A stretch of 18,320 bases of DNA from an uncultured Deinococcales bacterium (GTDB lineage: Bacteria > Deinococcota > Deinococci > Deinococcales > JAAFIG01), in the NCBI GenBank assembly GCA_964244895.1, contig CAXTKV010000101.1, forward strand, positions 1-18,320, read 5' to 3'. A model generated the notes under the pieces. That model was not told the DNA's origin, made no database searches, and was given only the letters and a program-made list of their open reading frames with translations. Both the position numbers and the translations under genes were made by a program. The first letter of the stretch is position 1. Each line of letters starts with the position of its first letter. This document shows positions 8,533 through 15,979 of this stretch, in pieces.

Positions 8533-9393
8533 GTGATCGAACAACGCAGCCCGCTCAAAACCACGCTGTCCTACGCGGCCCTGATCGCCTGGAGTCTGGT
8601 CGTGATCGTGCCCCTGTACTGGACGGTCGTGACGGCCTTCAAAACCCGCGCCGACGTGTTCAACGGTCCCAAGTACCTTCCTGGCCTCGATTACGTCCCG
8701 ACGCTCGAGCACTGGCAGCGCTTTTTCATTCAGGACTGGCGGTACTTCAGCCAGCAGTACACCAACAGCGTCGTGATCGGCTTGACCTCGAGCGTTCTCT
8801 CGGTGGCGATTGGGGCGCTGGCGGCCTACGCCTTGACGCGCTTCAAGTACGTGCTGGGCGGGCGTTTGCGCAACCGCGAGATCGCTTTCTGGTTCGTCTC
8901 GCAGCGCATCCTGCCGCCGGTCGCGATCGTGATTCCGTTGTACGTGCTCTTTCAGCAGGTCAAACTGTTCGATACGCAGATCGGGTTGATCATCGCTTAC
9001 GCCGCCTTCAACCTGCCGTTGGTGGTCTGGCTGATGCAGGATTACTTCGCGGGCATTCCGCCCGAACTCGAGGAATCCGCGCTGATTGACGGCTGCTCGA
9101 GATTCCAGGCCTTCTGGCGAATCGTGCTGCCGCTGGTCACGCCCGGCCTGGTGGCGACCTTTTTGTTCGTGCTGGTCTTCGCCTGGAACGAGTACATCAT
9201 CGCGCTCTTCTTGACCCAATCGAACGCCCAGACCATGCCGATATTGATCGCCGCGCAGAACGCCCAACGCGGTCCCGAGTGGAGCGCCATCTGCGTGCTG
9301 ACGATCGTGACGATTGCGCCCGTGTGCGTGATCGCGGTCTTCCTCGAGCGCTACATCTCGCGCGGCTTGCTGGTCGGTGCGGTCAAGGGATGA
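8533..9393 (+). CDS. Carbohydrate ABC transporter permease (MalG-like)
   Basis: EAA loop ELEESALIDGCSRFQAF and FAWNEY. Start GTG 8533 with GAGG at 8522. Confidence 0.93.
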   Translation: MIEQRSPLKTTLSYAALIAWSLVVIVPLYWTVVTAFKTRADVFNGPKYLPGLDYVPTLEHWQRFFIQDWRYFSQQYTNSVVIGLTSSVLSVAIGALAAYALTRFKYVLGGRLRNREIAFWFVSQRILPPVAIVIPLYVLFQQVKLFDTQIGLIIAYAAFNLPLVVWLMQDYFAGIPPELEESALIDGCSRFQAFWRIVLPLVTPGLVATFLFVLVFAWNEYIIALFLTQSNAQTMPILIAAQNAQRGPEWSAICVLTIVTIAPVCVIAVFLERYISRGLLVGAVKG

Positions 9394-9404
9394 GATGGTG
9401 GCGC

Positions 9405-9562
9405 GTCAGGAGTCACGGGTCACAGGTCAAAAAACGCATCGACTCGAGAAGATCGTCCTGGACGCATTCGGTAGAAAGCCTTCGAGATCGCCCAGCAGGT
9501 TTCTTCGATTGCCCTACAAAGTTCTCGCCCTCGCCCGTGACCAGCGTCTCGTGACCAGTGAC
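9405..9562. repeat. Inverted heptamer runs flanking an intergenic insert
   Basis: GTCAGGA GTCACGG GTCACAG (9405-9425) versus CCGTGAC CAGCGTC TCGTGAC CAGTGAC (9535-9562); degenerate REP arm at 9443-9468. Confidence 0.6.
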
Positions 9563-9564
9563 CT

Positions 9565-10641
9565 ATGATTACCTTAGAGGAAGTCGCGCGCAAAGCCGGA
9601 GTGTCCGTCTCGACGGTCTCTCGGGCCTTGACGCGACCGGATCGGGTGGCCAAAGAAACCCGCGAACACGTCCTCAAGGCCGCCAAATCGCTCGGCTACG
9701 CGCCCAACCAGCTCGCGCGCAGCCTGCGCCAGCGCGCCTCGAGAACCATCGGTTTGATCATCTCGGACATTCAGGTGCCGTTTCACTCCGAAGTCGCCAA
9801 GGGTGTCGAGGACACCGCGCAGGCGCGAGGCTACACCACGATCCTCTGCAACTCCGACGAGAACGGCGAGAAGGAACGCACCTACCTGGATCTGTTGAAA
9901 GGCTTCCGGGTCGGCGGCATCATCCTGGAACCCACCGAGGACGGCGTCAAGAACACCGAAGCGCTGGTGCATTCCGGCGTGCCGGTGGTCGAAGTGGACC
10001 GTATCTCCGGCGCAAAAGGCGTGACCAGCGTGCTTTCCGAAAACCGGGAAGGCGCGATGATGGCCGCCGAGTACCTGCTCAATCTGGGTCACACCCGACT
10101 GGGCGTGATCGCGGGCGATCTGACCTCCGGGCGCGAGCGCTTGCAGGGCATCAGAGACGCGCTGCACGGCGCAGGCATCGAACTGCCGGAGCGCTGGATC
10201 AAGCACAGCCAGTACAACAACGACGACGGCCACCGGGCCGCGCTCGAGCTGCTGGCGGAACCCGAACAACCCACGGCTTTGTTCGTCGTCTCGAGCGTGG
10301 TGATGGTCGGCGTGCTGCGCGCCTTGCGCGAACGCCGCGTGCGCATCCCCGAAGACCTGAGCGTCATCGGTTTCGACGATGCGCACTGGGCTCCGCTGGC
10401 CAACCCGCCGTTGACGGTGATCGCGCAGAGCGGCTATTCGCTGGGGCAGCGCGCCGCAGAGATCATCCTGGAAAGCCTGGAAGGTGTTCGAAAAAAGCCG
10501 TTGGCCAAGGTCGTGCGCTTGCCGACCCGCTTGATTGAGCGCGAATCGTGCGCGCCGCTGAAACCCCGTGCTCAAGCCGTGCTGGTCAGCGGTGCGAGCA
10601 CCTCGGGCGTACCTGTCCGTACCCTTTTGAAGAAGAAATGA
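9565..10641 (+). CDS. LacI-family transcriptional regulator
   Basis: HTH ITLEEVARKAGVSVSTVSRAL, YAPNQLARSL hinge, PEDLSVIGFDD and PPLTVI. Confidence 0.96.
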   Translation: MITLEEVARKAGVSVSTVSRALTRPDRVAKETREHVLKAAKSLGYAPNQLARSLRQRASRTIGLIISDIQVPFHSEVAKGVEDTAQARGYTTILCNSDENGEKERTYLDLLKGFRVGGIILEPTEDGVKNTEALVHSGVPVVEVDRISGAKGVTSVLSENREGAMMAAEYLLNLGHTRLGVIAGDLTSGRERLQGIRDALHGAGIELPERWIKHSQYNNDDGHRAALELLAEPEQPTALFVVSSVVMVGVLRALRERRVRIPEDLSVIGFDDAHWAPLANPPLTVIAQSGYSLGQRAAEIILESLEGVRKKPLAKVVRLPTRLIERESCAPLKPRAQAVLVSGASTSGVPVRTLLKKK

Positions 10642-10673
10642 CAGACTGGATCTGAAATGAACCGTAGACATCC

Positions 10674-10687
10674 TGCAAACGATTGCC
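10674..10687. promoter_or_regulatory. LacI-type operator (third copy, inverted)
   Basis: TGCAAACGATTGCC is the exact reverse complement of 5501-5514; possible -10 TAGACA at 10665-10670. Confidence 0.75.
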
Positions 10688-10693
10688 GATGCC

Positions 10694-11452
10694 ATGCCTG
10701 AGACCGCCAGCCACGACTCGACTCGCGTGCCTGTGCACGACCCAACTCGCGTGCCTGCGCACGACCCAACTCGCGTGCCTGCGCACGACCCGATGCACCT
10801 CTACCTGGACAGCGCCGACCTCGAGCAACTGCGCGAGGGATTGGACAGCCCCGTCGTGTACGGCGTGACCACCAACCCGACGCTCTTGCGCCGCGCCAAC
10901 TTGAGCCGAAAGACCCTGCCCGGTTTCGTCTCGAGCGTGCTGGAACTGGGCGCTCGGGCGGTGCAGGTGCAGGTCTGGAGCCAGGACGCGGCGGGCATCC
11001 TGCGGGACGCGCACGAATTCCTGGACTACGGCCCAAAGGGTGCGATCGTGCCGAAGATTCCCGCGACCCGAGATGGCCTGAAAGCCGCCGCGCGCCTGAC
11101 TGCGGAAGGCGTTCCCGTGACGCTGACCGCCGTCTACGCCCTCGAACAAGCGCTGTTCGCCTCGCAGTTGGGTGTGGCCTACGCCGCACCGTACCTGGGC
11201 AGGCTCGAGGACAGCGGCCAGGATGGGCTGGGCCTGATCCACAAGATGCAGACGCTGATTTCAAGGTACCCGACCAACCGCACGCGTTTGCTGGTGGCCA
11301 GCGCCCGCACGCGCGGCGCGGTTTTATCGTTGCTGGAACTCGGCGTGGGTTCGATCACCGTGCCGCCCAAACTCCTGCCGAGACTGCTGGATCATCCGCA
11401 GACCCTGGAAGCCGAACGCACCTTCCGCGCCGACGCTGACGCCATATCGTGA
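10694..11452 (+). CDS. Fructose-6-phosphate aldolase / transaldolase family protein (FSA-type)
   Basis: MHLYLDSAD, GVTTNPT, Schiff-base VPKIP, TAVY and YAAPYLGR. Conserved core starts at ATG 10793; true start uncertain. Confidence 0.9.
   Translation: MPETASHDSTRVPVHDPTRVPAHDPTRVPAHDPMHLYLDSADLEQLREGLDSPVVYGVTTNPTLLRRANLSRKTLPGFVSSVLELGARAVQVQVWSQDAAGILRDAHEFLDYGPKGAIVPKIPATRDGLKAAARLTAEGVPVTLTAVYALEQALFASQLGVAYAAPYLGRLEDSGQDGLGLIHKMQTLISRYPTNRTRLLVASARTRGAVLSLLELGVGSITVPPKLLPRLLDHPQTLEAERTFRADADAIS
10712..10792 (+). repeat. 24-bp tandem repeat, about 3.4 copies
   Basis: CACGACTCGACTCGCGTGCCTGTG, then CACGACCCAACTCGCGTGCCTGCG x2, then CACGACCCG; encodes HD(S/P)TRVP(V/A). Confidence 0.9.
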
Positions 11453-11474
11453 AACCACCCTCAAGGAGGCCCGC

Positions 11475-12524
11475 GTGACCACCCAGACCGCCCAGCCCAG
11501 CAGCCTCGAGCCCGCCAAACGGCTCGAGTTACTACGCACCATGATCCGCATCCGCGCCTTCGAGGAAAAAGTCGGCGAACTCTTCTTGAAGGGCGGCACG
11601 GCGGGTTCGATGCTGCACCTGTCCATCGGCGAGGAGGGCGCGGCGGCGGGTGTGGCGCTGGCCATGAAACCCGGCGATACATTCACGACGCACCATCGCG
11701 GCCACGGCATTTTTGTCGCCCGCGGCGGGGACGTGAACCGCATGATGGCCGAAATCGCGGGCAAGACCAGCGGCTACTGTCGCGGCAAGGGCGGCAGCAT
11801 GCACATCGCGGACATGGCCCTCGGGCACCTGGGCGCGAACGCGATCGTCGGTGGCGGCATTCCGGCGGTCGTCGGCGCGGGACTCTCGAGCAAAGTGCTT
11901 TCTCAGGGCAGGGTCAGCGTGGCGTTCTTCGGGGACGGCGCGATGCAGCAGGGCATCTGCTTTGAAAGCATGAACATGGCGGCGCTCTGGAAACTGCCCG
12001 TGGTCTTCGCGGTCATCAACAACCAGTACGGCATGGGCACGCGGATTGACCGCGCCAGCGCGACGCTGGACTTCGCCGGGCGCGCCCGTGGCTTCGGCCT
12101 GAACGCCATCGAGGTGGACGGCGCGCAGCCGGAACAGGTTCTGGAGGCCGCCCAGGACGTGATCGAACACGCCCGAGCGGGCAAGGGCGCGGGCTTTATC
12201 GTGGTGAACTGCTATCGGTTCTACGGTCACGCCCGCAAGGATAAGAGCCCGTACCGCGACGAGACCGAGGAACTCGAGGGCCGCAAGCGCGACCCGATCC
12301 ACACGCAGGCTGCGCGGCTCGAGGCGGCGGGGATCGTTCAGCCCGGTCAGTTTGCCACCTTCGAGGGAACCGCCAACGACGAGATGGAACGGGCCGTCGA
12401 GTTCGCGCAGAATAGTCCAGCGCCGACGCTGGAGAGCATGTTCGAGGACGTGTTTGATCCCACCGAACCCAAGCCCGTCAGCGTGGATTCACGCCTCGAG
12501 CGCGCGCTGGGAGGTGAGGCGTGA
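11475..12524 (+). CDS. ThDP-dependent dehydrogenase E1 alpha (acetoin/pyruvate dehydrogenase family)
   Basis: SD AAGGAGG; HLSIGEE, HRGHG, GKGGSMH, GANAIVGGG, GDGA...NNQY and YRFYGH motifs. Confidence 0.94.
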   Translation: MTTQTAQPSSLEPAKRLELLRTMIRIRAFEEKVGELFLKGGTAGSMLHLSIGEEGAAAGVALAMKPGDTFTTHHRGHGIFVARGGDVNRMMAEIAGKTSGYCRGKGGSMHIADMALGHLGANAIVGGGIPAVVGAGLSSKVLSQGRVSVAFFGDGAMQQGICFESMNMAALWKLPVVFAVINNQYGMGTRIDRASATLDFAGRARGFGLNAIEVDGAQPEQVLEAAQDVIEHARAGKGAGFIVVNCYRFYGHARKDKSPYRDETEELEGRKRDPIHTQAARLEAAGIVQPGQFATFEGTANDEMERAVEFAQNSPAPTLESMFEDVFDPTEPKPVSVDSRLERALGGEA

Positions 12525-12526
12525 TG

Positions 12527-12632
12527 CCGAAAAACACCGTCCCGCACAGTGTTTTCTTGATGCCCGAGAATTGCGTCCAGAGGCGCGAACAGCCCGACAG
12601 GTGCTGTATCGCGATCAAGAACGGTCTTCTGG
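12527..12632. repeat. Degenerate REP-like element between E1 alpha and E1 beta
   Basis: AAAACACCGTCCCGCACAGTGTTTTC...CCGAGAATTGCGTCCAG resembles the 8401 copy; displaced right arm GAACGGTCTTCT. Confidence 0.7.
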
Positions 12633-12648
12633 TGACTGGCGGTGCGAG

Positions 12649-13686
12649 ATGACCGCGCGCGTCACGAACCCCGAACCGTCCAGCATCCCGTTTCATCAGG
12701 AAATCGAGTACCGCGCCGCGTTGCGCGAAGCCATCCGCCAGGAGATGCGCGAGAACCCCGCCGTGGTGCTGATCGGCGAGGAAGTCGCGCGCTACGGCGG
12801 AGCTTACGCCGTCAGCAAGGGACTGATGGACGAATTCGGTGAAATCCGCGTGATCGACACGCCCATCAGCGAGGCCGCCATCGTCGGCGCGGCCCTCGGT
12901 GCGGCCATGACGGGTTTGCGCCCGATCGCGGAACTGATGTACGTGGACTTCGGTTACCTGGCGATGGATCAGATCGGCAATCAGGCCGCCAAGATCCGCT
13001 ACATGTTCGGCGGTCAGATCGGTGTACCGATGGTCTTGCGCGCCCCGATGGGCACGGGGCGCTCCGGCGGCGCGCAGCACTCGCAGTCTTTGGAGGCGAT
13101 GTTCTGGCACACGCCCGGCTTGCGCTTGGCCGCGCCCGCCACCATCACCGATTGCTACTTCTTGCTGCGTGCCGCCATCAACTCGCCCGACCCGGTGATC
13201 TTCCTGGAACACAAAGCCTTGTATGCCACCAAGGGCATCCTCGAGCCAAACGCTGCGCCCTGGGGCAAGGCCGCGATCCGCCGCGCCGGCCAACACCTGA
13301 GCATCGTGACGTACTCGCGGATGCTGTTCTACGCGCTCCAGGCCGCCGAGGAACTATCGAAAGAGGGCATCGAGGCCGAGGTGATTGACCTGCGCACCCT
13401 CAACCCGCTCGACCTCGAGACCGTGGCGCAATCCGTCAAGAAAACGGGTCGCGCGCTGGTCGTGACCGAGGACACGCTGACCGCAGGTGCGAGCGCCGAA
13501 CTGAGCGCGCTGATCCAGGAAGAGTGCTTCGATTACCTCGAGGAACCCGTGCTGCGCCTTGCCGCCGAGGACATCCCGATCCCCGTGAGCCCCGCCCTCG
13601 AGGCCGGAAGCGTGCCCAGCCCCGCGCGCATCGCGGCCATATCGCGGCGACTGATGCGGAGGCGAGTCTCCGGTGGTGGCGTGTGA
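12649..13686 (+). CDS. ThDP-dependent dehydrogenase E1 beta
   Basis: LIGEEV, DTPISEAAIVG, GLRPIAELM, AQHSQS, DPVIFLEHK and EVIDLRTL motifs; start ATG 12649. Confidence 0.93.
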   Translation: MTARVTNPEPSSIPFHQEIEYRAALREAIRQEMRENPAVVLIGEEVARYGGAYAVSKGLMDEFGEIRVIDTPISEAAIVGAALGAAMTGLRPIAELMYVDFGYLAMDQIGNQAAKIRYMFGGQIGVPMVLRAPMGTGRSGGAQHSQSLEAMFWHTPGLRLAAPATITDCYFLLRAAINSPDPVIFLEHKALYATKGILEPNAAPWGKAAIRRAGQHLSIVTYSRMLFYALQAAEELSKEGIEAEVIDLRTLNPLDLETVAQSVKKTGRALVVTEDTLTAGASAELSALIQEECFDYLEEPVLRLAAEDIPIPVSPALEAGSVPSPARIAAISRRLMRRRVSGGGV

Positions 13687-14939
13687 GTTTTCTCGAGCTG
13701 CCGCGCATGGGCGAAACCATGGAAGAAGGCGAGTTGCTGGCGTGGATGAAAAAACCCGGCGAGTCCGTCAAACGCGGCGAGACGGTCGCGGAAATTCAGA
13801 CGGATAAAATTGTCGCCGAGATGCCCGCCCTGGAAGACTTCGTGCTGGAGGAATACCTGGTCAACGAGGGCGAAACCATCAAGGTCGGGCAGGCGCTGGC
13901 GCGCGTGACGCGAGCGGGGGAAGGCTCGAGCATCCCTGCGGGTTCGATTTCGGTCGCCTCGGGTTCTCTGACCTCGAGCGAACCGGAGCGCGTCCCGATC
14001 GGCGCAGGCGCGCAGCAGGGCGCATCCACGGCAACTCGGGCGACCTCGAATGACCTGATCGGTCGAGTGCGGGCGTCCCCCGCCGCGAGACGTGCGGCTC
14101 GAGAACTGGATGTGAGCTTGGAGAGCGTCATGGGTACGGGGCCGCGCGGTCGGGTCACGACCGATGACGTGCGCGCGGCGGCGCAAGCTGCATCGGCACC
14201 CGCAAGAAACACCGTCCAGGACAGTGCTCCTGCGATCTCGAGAAACGCCGTGCTGGACGGTGTTCCCGCATTGGACGTTCACCACTTCTCGCGCATCGAA
14301 ATGGCCACGGGCAGGGCGACTGCGCAATCCAAACGCGAGATACCGCATTTTTACGTGCGCACCAAAGCCGACCTGACCGCCTTCACGCGCGGTCTCGAGA
14401 TGGAAAAGGCGCGCGGCGCTCGCGTCACGGTCAACGATGGTCTGGTTCGCGCGGTCGCGCTGGCGTTAAAAGAACACCCCAGGTTGAACGCGGTGCTCGA
14501 GAACGACGGGCTGCGGTTGCTGGCGGGTGTTCACGTCGGCGTGATCACGGCCACCGATGAAGGGCTCGTGACCAGCGTGGTGCGCGATGCGGACGCGCAA
14601 TCGCTGGCGCAGATCAACGCGCGGGTCAGGGACGTGAAATCTCGAGCCTCGGCGGGTCGGGCGCGCTTGGAGGACATCACTGGTGCGAGCTTCTGCATCT
14701 CGAACCTCGGGATGTTCGGGGTGGAAGAGTTTTCGGCCATCATCCTACCGCCCAACGTCGCGATCCTGGCCGTCGGTGCGGTGCAGGACGAAGTGACCGC
14801 CGACAACGGCGCGATCCGAATCTCGAAAATCGTCCACCTGACGGTGAGCGCCGACCACCGCGCCGTGGACGGCGTCGAGGTCGCGATGTTCCTGCAAACC
14901 TTGCGCCGTATGCTCGAGCAGCCGCTCAATCTGTTCTAG
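13683..14939 (+). CDS. Dihydrolipoamide acyltransferase E2
   Basis: Lipoyl domain EIQTDK, subunit-binding domain RASPAARR..GTGPRGRVT, catalytic SNLGMFG and DHRAVDG. GTG start overlaps the E1 beta stop. Confidence 0.94.
   Translation: MSFLELPRMGETMEEGELLAWMKKPGESVKRGETVAEIQTDKIVAEMPALEDFVLEEYLVNEGETIKVGQALARVTRAGEGSSIPAGSISVASGSLTSSEPERVPIGAGAQQGASTATRATSNDLIGRVRASPAARRAARELDVSLESVMGTGPRGRVTTDDVRAAAQAASAPARNTVQDSAPAISRNAVLDGVPALDVHHFSRIEMATGRATAQSKREIPHFYVRTKADLTAFTRGLEMEKARGARVTVNDGLVRAVALALKEHPRLNAVLENDGLRLLAGVHVGVITATDEGLVTSVVRDADAQSLAQINARVRDVKSRASAGRARLEDITGASFCISNLGMFGVEEFSAIILPPNVAILAVGAVQDEVTADNGAIRISKIVHLTVSADHRAVDGVEVAMFLQTLRRMLEQPLNLF
14208..14264. repeat. REP-like palindrome inside the E2 coding sequence
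   Basis: AACACCGTCCAG (14208-14219) / CTGGACGGTGTT (14253-14264); internal GACAGTG...ATCTCGAGAAAC as in the 8401 copy. Confidence 0.85.
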
Positions 14940-14952
14940 GGGAGAAAAACTT

Positions 14953-15900
14953 GTGAGCATCGCCATTCTCGGGGAAGCACTGATCGATTTCAAAAACACC
15001 GGCCCACTCGCGTTTCAGGGCTTCATCGGCGGGTCGTCGCTGAACGTGGCCACGGCTGCCGCCAGGCTCGGGCAACCGACCGCATTTCTGGCGCAGATCT
15101 CCACGGACATCTTCGGTCACGCGCTGTTCGAGCACATCGAGCGCGAGGGCATCGACTCGAGTTACGTGCTGCGCACCGACGCCTCATCGACGCTGGCCTT
15201 CGTCGAGGAACGCGACAGCGCCGACGGGGTTCGGCAGGCGCACTTTTCGTTCGTCGGCAAGGGCGCGGCGGACACGCTCTACGATCCGCAACCCAGACCC
15301 ATCCTGCCCGACAGCACGCGCTTCTTGCAGTTCGGCTCGATCAGCTTGCTGAATGACCCCACGTCAAGCAGCATCGTGGATATTGTCAGCGCCCACCGGG
15401 ATCGGTTGACGGTCGTGTTCGACCCGAACTGCCGTCCGCAACTGACGCCAGACGTGGATGGGTACCGCAAGAAGCTCACCGGTTGGCTGAAGCTCGCGCA
15501 CCTGGTCAAGGTCTCCGACCAGGACTTGGGCTGGCTGGAACCCGGCGCGGCGTTCGAGGACGTGGCGCGCGGTTGGTTGGAGTACGGCCCGCACGCCGTG
15601 ATCGTCACGCGCGGCGAGAAGGGCTCGGCGCTCTACCGCAAGGATCGTGCAGCCGTGGAGATTCCAACGCCCCAGGTGAGCGTGGTGGACACCGTCGGCG
15701 CGGGCGACACATACACGGCGGGTTTGATGGTCGGCCTGCTGGAACGCGGTCACACCGACAGCGCCCAACTCGGGGCGCACCCCGACGATGCGCTGCGCGA
15801 GGTCATGCAATTCGCCGCCGCCAGCGCCGCCATCAACTGCACCCGCGCCGGAGCCAACCCGCCGACGCGCGGCGAGGTCTCGAGCTTTCAGGAATCCTGA
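14953..15900 (+). CDS. PfkB-family carbohydrate kinase (fructokinase-like)
   Basis: GEALID, GGSSLNVA, DPNCRP, KVSDQD, VTRGEKG and DTVGAGD motifs; SD GGGGAG. Confidence 0.93.
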   Translation: MSIAILGEALIDFKNTGPLAFQGFIGGSSLNVATAAARLGQPTAFLAQISTDIFGHALFEHIEREGIDSSYVLRTDASSTLAFVEERDSADGVRQAHFSFVGKGAADTLYDPQPRPILPDSTRFLQFGSISLLNDPTSSSIVDIVSAHRDRLTVVFDPNCRPQLTPDVDGYRKKLTGWLKLAHLVKVSDQDLGWLEPGAAFEDVARGWLEYGPHAVIVTRGEKGSALYRKDRAAVEIPTPQVSVVDTVGAGDTYTAGLMVGLLERGHTDSAQLGAHPDDALREVMQFAAASAAINCTRAGANPPTRGEVSSFQES

Positions 15901-15951
15901 GGACACCGTCTTGCACACAAGCTCGAGAATGCGTGCTGGACGGTGTTCTCG
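15896..15951. repeat. REP-like palindrome overlapping the PfkB stop codon
   Basis: CCTGAGGACACCGTC...GGACGGTGTTCTCG. Confidence 0.8.
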
Positions 15952-15979
15952 TTCGGGATGCGGGAAATAGGGGAGACGC

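Noticed and set aside
10638..10701. Mini-ORF chain after lacI (10638-10655, 10657-10701)
   Set aside because: Does not show the clean RTGA-to-RTGA geometry, and the gap holds its own operator; not counted among the bridges.
10712..10792. Possible CRISPR array
   Set aside because: Units are directly adjacent with no spacers; no cas genes.
12352..12648. Open E1 beta frame reaching back into E1 alpha (possible frameshifted alpha-beta fusion)
   Set aside because: E1 alpha ends normally with its own stop, the extension is translated repeat sequence, and no clear slippery site was seen. Not fully excluded without reads.
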